From assembly GCA_951406725.2 (NCBI GenBank), contig OX597816.1, positions 143,158,001 to 143,222,000 of the forward strand: DNA of 64,000 nucleotides, given 5' to 3'. This stretch comes from Octopus vulgaris (Eukaryota). Position 1 is the first letter of the stretch. Each line of letters begins with the position of its first letter. Positions 52,575 through 64,000 of the stretch are shown in pieces. The notes beneath the pieces are model-generated. The model did not search any database and was not told where the DNA came from. It was given only the letters and a program-made list of their open reading frames with translations. Position numbers and translations under genes: made by a program.

Positions 52575-54905
52575 AACACTAATTTCTTTTATTCAGCACA
52601 CAGGCCATGACACAGAGAGAACAACACAAGGACATAACAAAAACATTTAGGGGCAGGGGATTATACCTTACTTAAAAAATCAAATATAATGAAATCGGAT
52701 GAATTTACACAGTACAATGAAATCCAAATGAATTTAAAAATTATACGTTGATATATTTTTCAGGTTCGTGTTCGACCATACCCTTTTTTATTATTTTTCT
52801 TTCTGTTTTTTCCTTCTTTTCCATTCAGACCGACTACACTAGTGCAGCCCTATTCACTCTCAACTTCCTTACGCCATTTGTCCATCTTTTCTCAAACGCT
52901 CTTCGAGGCAGGCATCTTTTCACCAAACTGATCTTTCTGGGTAGGTGAGTTAAAAAAACTAACCAGCCTGTATCCAGAGATAAAGTTGCCTGTCTCAATT
53001 CCTCTTCCGCACATCACCCATACTGTCTCTTTCAATACAGCTACTATGCAGAAAAATGACACCTCCTTTTCCTTGTTAAAGGAAGGAGGCAGCACAATCT
53101 TGATAAACTCAGTCAATAACCGTACTCTTTCCATATCTGACACCAGTTATTCGACATAGGTTATCAGTCCCCTTAGTTCTTCACAATGTACGAAGGCATG
53201 CATGACAGTTTCAATGACATGCCCACACCTCGGGCATGTGGGTGGGATACCAGCACCATGCCTTGACAACCTCTCTCAAATTGGCAAAGCCGATCAGTAG
53301 CACAACCAGGTCAGGGATTTCTGGAAGTTGTCCAGATACCTCGGCCCAAATGTTCTTCCGAACAGGTTGACAAGCTGTTCCTCGTCGAAGCCTAGAGTCT
53401 CCCCCAGGAATCTGTTCTTAAAGTCCTTGTAAAGTTCTTTAGGGATCTTCACTATTATTTGTTAGGTATATTTTGCTTTGTAAATGGGGTTTAATTACCC
53501 CTATCATTGAATTATTGGTGTTCATGAATACCACTGTGGTCATTTCCTTTTTGGGCTTAGGTTTGTCTATTTTTATCATCATAAATGCTTTTTCTTTTAG
53601 TTTTTTTTTCCTCTGTGTTACTACTTTTTTTTCTTTCTTTGGTTTTCGGAGCCGCCTCTTGAGTAGGTGACTCCACTGCTTTCTTTCGCCTTTTTCAAGA
53701 CATTGTCTCAAAGTCCATTCCTTCTACTGATGGTGTCACTTCGACTGGTTTTTCGATTTGTTTTGATTCAGTGGCAACTCTCTGCGTAACAGCCTCCATG
53801 GATGAGGGTGCCTCCTCTTCTACATTTTCTTCCTGTTCCTTCTCCTGTGCTTCTTGTTCCTTTTGCTGTGCTTTTTTCTGTTGGGGGCAATTCGACCTCA
53901 GGTGCCCCATTTTTCTGCATTTGAAACACCTGGGCTTCCTCCCCTCTACATGCACAGCTAATATGGTGTCTTCGCCAATGCATATCTTTTCTGGTAATTT
54001 TTCCAGGTCCATTGTTGTTGCCTAGGCCAAGATCTCCAGAGCTTGCCTTTGCCAGTTTCATGAGGCATCTCTGGAGATCTGTATTATATTTATTTTCTCC
54101 TCTCTCCCGTATAGTAGGGTGGCAATTATCCACGCAATCTCAATCTCTGGCAGGATAGTTTTAATCTTAATCTGGGATTTTCTACATCCCAGATATAGTG
54201 GTAGCAACATAATGCTACCACTTTTCAAGGTCCGAGTTGATAATTCTTTTGCCTTCTCGGCTGACTCAAATCTCACTTTCACAGTTGCAAATTGAGTACC
54301 TCAGGCCAGATATTTTATCTGGCCGAACACTGGCTCAAGGCACTTTTCTACGATACTTTCTCCAAAGTATTAAAATTTCTTTTTCTCACAATCGTATGTT
54401 TTATAAATAATTGTGCTTTCCTTTGTGCAATTCAAAATCTCACTGGGAGGCAAAATTCGGCTTTCACCATTTTCTTCCTGTATCATCCCGTTCAAGGCCT
54501 ATATTTCCTCTTTTTTGAAGGTTATATTTTCTTTTCCTCCCACAACAGAGGCAAAATTTCTCATTTCTTCAACGGAAGACATTTTTTTTTTAAACACACA
54601 ATATTGTTGCGATAACAATGGCAAGGCTCATTTCAAATGGAACACAGTTTGTAAATAATATAAACAACTCCTTCCCCCATGAGGGAGGCTAACAATTTCA
54701 CAAAGAAATTCACACAATAACAGTTCAACAATGTTTCCCTTATAGGAAATCACAACAAAAAAATAAACAATTCCTGCAAGCAGGCAACAACAAAAATTTT
54801 CTAACAGACCTTTCAATAATAAAATGCACTCCCAGCCAATAACTAGTTCAAACAACCAACGAACACTAATTAATTGCCAAAAATCAGGGTTTTTGCAACT
54901 GCTCA
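52575..54905 (-). mobile_element. Internally deleted L1/Tx1-like LINE
   Basis: ORF1 remnants carry the knuckle VEGRKPRCFKCRKMGHLRSNCPQ. The ORF2 C-terminus carries CPRCGHVIETVMHAFVHC (zf-RVT type, about 53185-53240). EN and RT are missing. An aataaa lies near 52587-52592. Boundaries are approximate. Confidence 0.8.
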
Positions 54906-55080
54906 TATCTGAATTCTAAAAACCGTATTTCATGAAAGATTTCTCTTTGACAAAAGTTAGAATTTAAATATGGGCAGTAATTTTAACCAATGGGAAACTA
55001 ACAATTATACCTATTCAGGCAACATGACCATTACATCATACTACCACCAATAAAGGTTTATTATGACTTGCATCACTACA

Positions 55081-56235
55081 CTGGCATAAAACCAAATTGC
55101 ATCTCGTCCACATCCACTCCTTTCTGAATTCACCTCTTCAACACCCTTTCCACTGTCTTCATTGCATGCTCCAATAACTTCATTCCCCATGCACCCCACA
55201 ACTCATCGCATCCTCCTTCCCCTTGAAGATCAGTACCACCATACTTAGTGCCCAATCATCTGGCATTCCTCTTCCATTCAGCACACCCTGGCAGAGCTCC
55301 ATCATCACAATCTTTATCTCTCCACTTGCAGTTATCATTTCCACACTTGCTTCTGAGGGGCCAGCTGCCTTCCCTGTTTTCATTTCCTTCATTGCCTCCA
55401 CTACTTCTTCCCAACTAACCCTCTCCACTGGCCCCTTCACCACAGCAACTTCCACCCTCTGATCCTATTCATTCTCCTCATTCATAATTTCCTTCATATG
55501 TTCCTTCCAAACTCTTCCCCTGTCCTTCTCACTAAAATTCAACCTTCCATCACTCCCTCTCATGCATCTCCCTCATGCATCTTCCATCTTTTTTCATTGA
55601 TTTAATAAACTTAAACACTCTATCTGGGTTTTCATCCAGTCTGCTCAACCTCTCCTCAGCCTCCTTCTTCATAGATCTTGCAACCATTCCCTTTGCACAA
55701 TTCTTCATGTTATTATATCTGGCTTTCATTTGCTCAATCCTAGTATTACATAAAGCTTTGTGCACCTCCTTCTTCCACATCCCTAACCACCTTGTTCCAC
55801 TATCACGTACCTCCTCAATCTCTCCTACCTTTCGTCCTTCCACACATTTCGTCACGTGTTTAGTACCCCTTCTTTAAAAGACATCCACAAATCTGGTGCA
55901 TCAATGCTTACCAACTCCCAACTCTCTCCTCAAGTCACCTTCCTTTTGTCTGTTTTCCTAAACCATGTGTTCACCACATACATCTCTTTCTCATCACAAA
56001 ACTCCATTCACCTCCTCTTCCTCAATTCCTCACACACCTCAGCTTCCCTTCCATGCAGACTACCCACATTCCACTATCCCAACCTCACCCCAAGCTTCTC
56101 AGGCTGTCAGCCATCATAAGATAAGTCATGCTTGTGCAACCCAGGATGAGGGTTTGCACCTTCCTTTTTGAGGTCGGCAGGTGCAGCCCACCCCAACCTT
56201 TGGGCTGGCCCATTCTCCTTTGCTATCATTAGGCT
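55081..56235 (-). mobile_element. RTE LINE (second family), 5' part
   Basis: VEAMKEMKTGKAAGPSE...MPDDWALSMVVLIFKGKED, KLLEHAMKTVERV and EMQFGFMP continue into the 3' part at 52040. Confidence 0.92.
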
Positions 56236-56947
56236 TTCTTGGAGATGCTCAGTTTCTAGACATGAATGATCCCGAGATCAAGGCCTCTACCATGATTTTT
56301 AAGAAATGTGGTGGAAATCTACAGTAGATCTAAAATATTAACTTAATGTTTTTTGTTACAAATTGCAATAGATTGTACTATAGTTATGAAATCACTTCAA
56401 CAAAATGGTACTGTGGAAATGAGCTATGCCAGGCATTGCCCAAGCAAAATTATTGCTGATACAGGATATGCAAATACAACAGATAACCATACTCTGGTTA
56501 AGATTAAGGCTACAGAAGTTTTCTGTTCAATGTACCCACAGAAATCGCAAGCATTTCTAGCAGGTTTAAAATGATTTCTCACAGAAAATCAATTTGCTAA
56601 CAAAAGTAACCTGCAGCATAAGAAGAATGATAGCTAAGGCAGCTAAGAAAAACTTAGGGATGAAGTCATACATTCACAGGCATCTATGCGTTCCAACAGC
56701 TTGTTTTTAAGTTATTAGGACCGAGAGAAGCTAAATCTTCTCAACTATCTTAAATATATTGTAGGCAAAGTGAGAGTCAAAAATGATTATAAGAAATTTG
56801 TAGTTGATCAAGTCATCAACTGCTATATCAACCAGGTTATATTACTTTCTTGCTGTCATACAAAGCAAAAACCCAATTTCAGTGATGGTACTTGGAGTAG
56901 CAGCATGATAAAGTGATAGTATATTGTCAACTGAATGTCTTAGTGTA

Positions 56948-57324
56948 ATTTAGCCCTAGGAAACACTATTTCCTGTTGGACTTGACACATTTCCCGTGTC
57001 CTTATGTTTTCAAAGTGGAGACAAGCACCTCCACCCAGCAAAGCCAGCACCCAAGGACTAGTTTCAGAGTCATTGCTCTGTCGATGCCTATCTGCCTTTG
57101 AAAACATATAATTTCAAGTGAAATACATTCAGTGATTTTTGAAAATAGAAATAACACATTTCTAAATCTCGACAGCTAGCAAGCCATGCTATTCCAGACT
57201 GATGATGAGCAATGACTCTGGATGCTGGCTTAGCTGGGTGGACGTGCTTGTCTTTACTTTAAAAACATAAGGGCACAGGAAATGTGTCAAGTCCAACAGG
57301 AAACGGTGTTCCCTAGGGCTAAAT
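56948..57324. repeat. Long inverted repeat / foldback (MITE-like)
   Basis: The left arm atttagccctaggaaacactatttcctgttggacttgacacatttcc...cagagtcattgctc (to about 57078) is the reverse complement of 57207-57324, apart from scattered mismatches and one indel of about 14 bp. Confidence 0.92.
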
Positions 57325-57849
57325 AACAGTAGCGTTCTTCCCTTTCATGGGACTGGTTATTACATCAACACAACTTGATCATCCTTGATAAGATTCTGAT
57401 CCCAAGATTCTGATCTAAATGATTATGTTTGTATGAGACTGTATCAGCACATGGTTCAAAGCACATGCAGGGTTATTTTGAAAATGAAACTTCTACTGTT
57501 TGTCAACAAGGAAACCTTTCTTTCTAATTCAACTAATCTGAATCCGTGTCATCTTTAAATATGGAGAGGAGAATTAAACTAACCACAGTAGTGTCACTAT
57601 GCTTATAACAGCCATTAGGAAGATGGTCGAGTCTATTAATGTGAATGAAGCAAAGAGGGCATGCTCAACTTTCCACTTCTATATTCAGCTGATTATAACT
57701 GTTGATAGAGAACGTAAGTTTTATTTTTCCCAAAATTAAGACAAAAACACAAAATTTCATGCTTCTGGCTTTTCAATTACCTTAGTTACAGGCTTTGAAA
57801 CATTTTAACACAGTCAAAATTTAAACACACACTACATATATATACATAA

Positions 57850-58193
57850 TCATAATCATCAAGATTTAGTATCTGCTTTCCATGCTGACAAGAGTTAGAT
57901 GGTTTGACTGAAACTGGTAAGTTGCATCAGGTTCCAATCTAATTTGGCATGATTTCTGCAGCTGGACACCCTTCCTAACTCCAACCACTTCAAGAGTGTA
58001 ATGGGTGCTTTTTACATGCCACTGGCACAGGTGCCAGTTACATGACACCGGCATAGGCCACAACTATGATTTCACTTGGCTTGACAAGTCTTCTCAAGCA
58101 TAGCATAGTGCCAAAGGTCTAGGTCATTTATCATTGCCTCTGTGAGGCCCAACATTCGAAGGGAGCTTTTTACATGCCACCAGCACACGCACG

Positions 58194-58236
<43 letters not shown>

Positions 58237-58285
58237 GCACACACACATATCATCATCATCATCATCATCATTTAACATCCACATT
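57850..58285 (-). repeat. RTE 3' end fragments with (CA)n and (CAT)n tracts
   Basis: LRMLGLTEAMINDLDLWHYAMLEKTCQAK C-terminus, 3'UTR motif and microsatellites. Confidence 0.85.
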
Positions 58286-58294
58286 TTTATTTAT

Positions 58295-59210
58295 TCAAAA
58301 TATTATTTTAATCATCTCAGCAATGATTCTTGATGGTTCAAGGGCTTTCCCTGTCTTCATATCCTTAATTGCCTTAACTATTATACTGCTGTTGACTCTG
58401 ATGGCTGGTCCTTCAGTTGGTTCTATATTTGAAAGACTCTTTTTCCCTTGCATTTTCCATATTTAGTAACCTTTCATAGTGGCACTTCCATGCATCTTTC
58501 TTCTCTGAGTCACTAAGTGCAAGTATACCATCATCCATTCACACACATTTCTCACCCACCACATCTCTATTCTTTGATACACTACTTTACAATTCTGAAC
58601 ACCTCACGTCTCTGATACTCACACTGTAGAACATCTGCAAATCTCCTACCTTCTGCTATTCCTTTTGCTATGTAAACCTGTCACCTAGATGCTGTCTAGC
58701 TACCTGATATAATTATCTGCTTCCACCATTTTCCTAGTCTTTCCAAGACTGTCTCTTTGCTTTTATAGCACTAACTACCAACTTGTTCCACTACCATGTC
58801 ACCCTCAGCCTAGCTGGGACTTTGCACCAGCCACAGATTTGGTCTGTAACCTTCAATAGATTGTCCTGCAGGAACTTCCAATTGTCCACTAAGCTATATG
58901 TCTCCAACTCTTCCTCTCTTTCATCAGAAGTTTCCATTATAGAATATCTCTAAACTTCTGCCTGTTTTGCTGGGTCTTTGAGCTTCTATAATTTTCTTTT
59001 CCAGAGTCTTTCTAGCTCTAATTCTGAAGACACTAACTAGTAACCTATGTTGGGTTGTACACTCTTTACCTGGGAAAGACTTTGTATTTGCAAGCATCTG
59101 TCTAACTCATTGCCTTGTGAGGAGGTAATCAATCTGGCTTATGTGCCCCCCCACCCAGACTGATAAGTGATTAGGTGGCTGGCTGGCTGGCTGGTTTTCT
59201 GAAGTTATAG
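58295..59210 (-). pseudogene. Decayed RTE LINE, region from the EN end to the RT start
   Basis: Remnants KAIKDMKTGKALEPSRII, AWKCHYERLLN, TNLWLVQ and IDYLL...KSFPGKECTTQHRLLV. Confidence 0.8.
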
Positions 59211-59835
59211 TGTGTACTTAAATTATATATATATATATATATGTATATGCATATACATATGTTTGTAGGTGTGTGTATAAAACAATATAAAACAGATTGC
59301 AAAATACTTTATGGCATTATGAAATGTCCCTTTACATTCCAGGTTCTAATCTCACTGCACTTCTCTTTCATTTTTCAGAGATTAATAAAATACACCCTAC
59401 AGAACAGTGCCTAAGTATAGTTACAATTTAATGAGTGAAATCAGTAAAAGATTAAAAGAACATCACCAAAGTATTTGAATAACCATACAGCCAATTATTT
59501 TTTTTAGGGTCGGTGTATAGTTGACTCAACCGGTATTTCAGAGACTGATCATTATAATCTTAAATCTCATCATCTTAATAGCTGTTTACTGCCTTGACAA
59601 AAATATTACATCTTACTGAGGTACAAATCCAGATTTAAATGAAGAGAAAAATTATACTGTGATGTTCATGTCTTTCTCAAGAACAAGAACATGCAAGGAG
59701 GTGAAGTTGTAAACTAGGATTGCTGAGAAAACCTCTATTCCATGACAATAGCTATAGTGACTCAATATTAATTCTCTTAACAGTAATAATAAAGAGAAAA
59801 AAGGAAAACTGTTTTGAATCTAGCTGAAAATTTAC

Positions 59836-59974
59836 CTTTTTAGAAGCCCTGCATAATAGCTGTTCAAATTATTGCATGTTTCTAAACACAATTCAATCGT
59901 CATTTTATCCACTGATGTCTTATTCCCTGATAAAAATGGTGTCCAGTGTGTTGGGTAACATCCTAAATATGTCT
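59836..59974 (-). CDS. WSC-domain protein exon: N-terminal half of WSC domain 1
   Basis: tttccAG|AG ACA TAT TTA GGA TGT TAC...CTT CTA AAA AG|GTAAAT; 139 bp, phase 1 to 2. Translates as TYLGCYPTHWTPFLSGNKTSVDKMTIELCLETCNNLNSYYAGLLK(R), matching the WSC pattern YxGCY...MTxExCxxxC...YAG. Not in the ORF track. Confidence 0.9.
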
Positions 59975-60887
59975 CTGGAAAGTAAATTTTTTTTTAAATT
60001 TAAGATATTTCTTGCAATATAAAATAAAAATTGCTTAAATGGATAGTATAATTCTTTTGATAAAATGAAAACTTTTATAGTAATTCTTATATAACTTGAA
60101 TTGATTGAGTTCATCTCAACATAGCAATACACCAAATTACATATCAATTTCTAATCTAATTCATTGCTCTATCAACCAATTAATAAATCATTTACTCTTT
60201 TTTTTATCTCTTACTTGATCTACTTGATCTAAATAAGTAGAGACAACAGGCATTGTCACTAGTATTTTGAAGTGACAAGGAAATAAAAATCAAAACCTTC
60301 AGTCAAGAAAATAATATTGTATCCAATTGGCTATTATCAGTTATGTGGCTAATATATCTGGACACCAGAGGAATATTAGTGTTAGGATATAAGCTGAATC
60401 AATAGCGTATTAGCCTATAGGCAAAAGTTTTGATTTATATCTTCACACTAGAACTGTTCTGTTTCTTAACCAAGACACAAGTCTAGCAATAAGATTAACA
60501 GCATGGAGACACAACTCAACATTACTGGCAGCAACAGTATTGTGTAAAATTATTCCTATATCATCAGCTTAGAATGTTGAGTAAAAATTCAACCCAAGAA
60601 CAAAACCTAAATGCTTTAAAAAGTAGTATATCAGTGCTGCAGTACATTGCAATGGCAAATAATGCAATTAAGAGGTAATCTCCTGGTAATTTGATGACTG
60701 GTTGAAATATTTCACTTCATTAATGTTCTTTAGAAAAGTATGAATATCATAATTCTGATTTCGTCACTAACAGAATAATTTCATAACTTTAATTCATAAA
60801 CTACAAGTCAAGCAACTGACTACTTATCGCACTATTGTATGGTATAAGTAGATATTCTTATTTTTATTGAGACTGTAATATCTTTTC

Positions 60888-61096
60888 TACAATAGGTACA
60901 AAGCCTGAAATTTTGAGGGAGGGGGTTAGTCAATTACATTGATCCCAGTTCTCAACTAGTACTAATTTAACTGACCCTAAAAGAATGAAAGGCAAAGTCA
61001 ACCTCAGCAGAATCTGAACTCAGGATATAAAGATGGACAAAATGCTACTAAGCGTTTTGTCTGGCATGCTAATGATTCTGCCAGCTCACTGCCTTT
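60888..61096 (-). mobile_element. SINE, family A
   Basis: aggtacaaagcctgaaattttg...gaatgaaaggcaaagtcaacctcagcagaatctgaactcag...gccagctcactgcctt is homologous to 4380-4594. Confidence 0.82.
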
Positions 61097-61711
61097 ATTT
61101 CCACTGTAATATCATCTATAATTATGGTGGATGAAAACAAAAATAACAAAATACTAAGAGCTTCCAGTGGTATATTTTATTGATTCACAACCTTAATTAA
61201 ACTCAATTTTCAATCTACTTCAGTTCACAGAGAAAGACCAAGTGTATTGTGGACAGAAGTTATTTAAATAAATTCAAACAAGATACAACCCTGGAGGGCA
61301 AAAAAATCTATCCAGAGAAAATCTATTGAGAGAAAATATTTTATTGAAAAAAGCTAAAGACTAAATGGAAGGAACTATATCATGTTCAGCAAGTACTCTG
61401 CCAATTCCTTGAATTTCTATACTCACAATGAAAAATAATATCGCTTACTTTCAGGAACCTAATCTCTTTACAAATATTCTAATATCATTTTACGTCAAGA
61501 TTAAGCATTTGATTAATTAAGCAGTACTCCAGAATGAGCACAGATGTAGGGTTTCAAAATAATTTAAAAACTGAAAGAAATTACTTCAAATCCAATAACC
61601 ATAAAATTAAAATTTTACAATCCAATCTTATTTAAAATATTTTATTCAAAATTAAATTGTTTTATTTAGAAACAAAAAAAAATTGTAAAAAAATAAAATC
61701 ATTTACTTAAC

Positions 61712-61747
61712 CTTGTTTTCTTAAAAATCCTCCTGTACCATAAACAG
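61712..61747 (-). CDS. Candidate 36-bp micro-exon of the WSC-domain gene (xVYGTGGFLRKQ)
   Basis: The minus strand reads ttttttcAG|CT GTT TAT GGT ACA GGA GGA TTT TTA AGA AAA CAA G|GTTAAGT. It is phase 1-1 and open, and its terminal G joins the AG of the 59974 exon to give Glu in frame. The donor is weak and there is no homology support. Confidence 0.4.
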
Positions 61748-63915
61748 CTGAAAAAATATGAGAAAATATTAATGTTTCCTAACATGAACAAAAGGCTGTA
61801 ATTTGGGGAAGAAATGTATAATTGATTATATTGACATATTATTTTATCAACCCATGATTTTGACCTTGGTGAAATTTGAACTCAAAACTCAAAGAGACAT
61901 ATTCCTATACTATAAAAGTTTTCATAACAAACAAGAACAACATTAAAATAATACATTAAGAAACAAAAAACTCCACAATACAGCCAATTAGACACAAGAC
62001 AGATGCTGCTTCATCCCCATACATTCATCCACCTCCTGAAAATATCACACACACACCTCAGTAATAAAGAGATGCACCTGGTGATGCAGCAAAAAATTCA
62101 CAGGAAACTATTGAAAACAGATAACAACATTCAATGAATGAAACAATAAAAGTTCATCTTAAATTGTTATGAATTTAACTTTGGAGGGGAAAAAAATGGA
62201 AACTGTAATAATGGTTACAAAAGAGAGCCTAAAGCTTCAATTTATTTTAAACATTTTACTAATTAAGAGAAGTTCTTTTTACAAATGAACAAAAATAACT
62301 GAAGCCTTGAGCATATGCAAGAAAAACTCATGCTTACAAAAACAGAAATAGCCATTAATCAGTATGTCAATGAGTAAGACAATACTTGGAGAATAATTTC
62401 AATGCAAGATATGTTAGAATAAAGTTTTAACATTCAAATATTGATAAAGTTACAATTTTTTTTTTTTTTTTTTTGTAATTTCAATTTATAGTAAGATAAT
62501 TTGATATTAGTAGAACTGAGTGCCTTAAAGCTGAAATCCTACTGGAACTGACAAGATAAATCTCAATAATGAAGAAATACAGAAATGTCAACATCAACAA
62601 AAATTACATTTGTAGTTACCTCTGAATAAAAGCTAATGTGAGAGAGTTAACTCCTGCTAGCTGTCCATATCAACTCATAACCTTGTAAAGTGTCTTGAAT
62701 GGAGAGAATTAGATTGAAGAAAATTACGTCTGGGAAGTTATCAGTTATCTTTATGGTTATGATAATGAAATATTTTATGGTTAAGAAATACTGAATTTCT
62801 CATGAGCTTAAGATAGAGTATTGGAAAATAAGATAGCTTTCAGATTAAAAACTATTATCAGTTATGGAAACTTTTCAAAGGAAAAAATATATAGACTTCA
62901 CCTAATGTAAAAATTGGTTTATTTTCTTCCATATTATTGCTTTTTGCTTTCTTAATTTTTTTTTCAAACATGCATAAAAATCAAGAAAATTTTTCACTTT
63001 AATATAATTTTTCTATTACTGGCTGAAACAAAATAAAACACCATTTCAGTCTTGTTATGTCAGTAATTGTATGGTCATGGTTGGTAAAATACTTTTGATA
63101 GTGTTACAGTGGGAATAATGTTGATGATGATGGTGACCTTAAACTAGATCTTTTATTTCTTTTATTTTTCTAAAGACATGAATAATATAGTTAAGTAGTG
63201 AGGCATACACAATGCATGAAGCATTAAAAATTTGAAGTAGGTTCAAATATGCAGTCAGACAAAAAAATAGTAGTTGGCATTTTTCTATAAGTATTCAATG
63301 ATCGTATCCTGAGCTGAAATGAATTGCAATTTCTTCTAAGCACTTGATAAATTATGTAGCTGAATCACAATTGAAAATCATCAAACAGTTCCTTTTGAGA
63401 GCAACTAAATCTCCCCCAAATATGTGTGAGATCTTCATTATAGGAGATCATAAGGGATGCAACCATAATCAGCAGATGCTCAGGAAACAGTGGCAATGAA
63501 GGAGTTTCTAATATGCAAAACAAATTGGCAGCTTTCAAGTTTCTTTTCTTGTTTATACTTTGTTAGGGTTTGCTGATCTGCAAAACTATTCATGTATGTT
63601 TATATATACAAATACATACATGTGTGTGTACATATGTGTAGGCAGAACTATCTAGTCTTTCATCTATATTTCTATTCATACTTGTATGTAATATAGTTTC
63701 TAATATATGAGGAATTCCATATTCAAGTATTTCCTCTAAATACAAAGGCTACTTCTCGAGTAAACTTGAAAACTTTTACATTGGAGCCATCAATAAAAAA
63801 AATACAGTTCTATATATACTGAAACAAAAAAAAAGACAAAGAAATAAACTATTTCAGTTGAATTTCACGTGAAATTTAACTGAAATTTTTTAATATTATA
63901 AAGTTAGCACATAAT

Positions 63916-64000
63916 TCATCATCATCATCATTTAATATCTATTGTCCATGCTGGTATGGGTTGGACAGTTTAACCAGGGTTGGCAAGCTGAGGGACTGCA
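63916..64000 (-). repeat. RTE 3'UTR tail, continuing past the window edge
   Basis: (CAT)n followed by ccatgctggtatgggttggacagttt. Confidence 0.85.

Overview
AT-rich, CpG-poor animal genomic DNA, not prokaryotic. The repeat content (RTE LINEs with (GAT)n tails, several tRNA-derived SINEs, long (TA)/(TG) microsatellites) resembles an octopus/coleoid cephalopod genome; that assignment is my inference. Most of the window appears to be intron of one minus-strand gene for a protein with tandem WSC domains. I found three well-supported exons (59836-59974, 50108-50238, 26711-26843) and one candidate 36-bp micro-exon (61712-61747). All have GT-AG boundaries and compatible phases, and they splice into one complete 8-Cys WSC domain plus the first half of a second. 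The rest of the window is decayed transposable elements: piggyBac, maT/DD37D-like and mariner elements, a probable Chapaev3 fragment, a Gypsy remnant, an L1/Tx1-like LINE, many RTE copies with a PHD finger in the RT region, SINEs and a 377-bp palindrome. Several elements are nested. Nearly all ORFs in the supplied track are spurious or TE-derived. I found no evidence for a novel multi-gene system.
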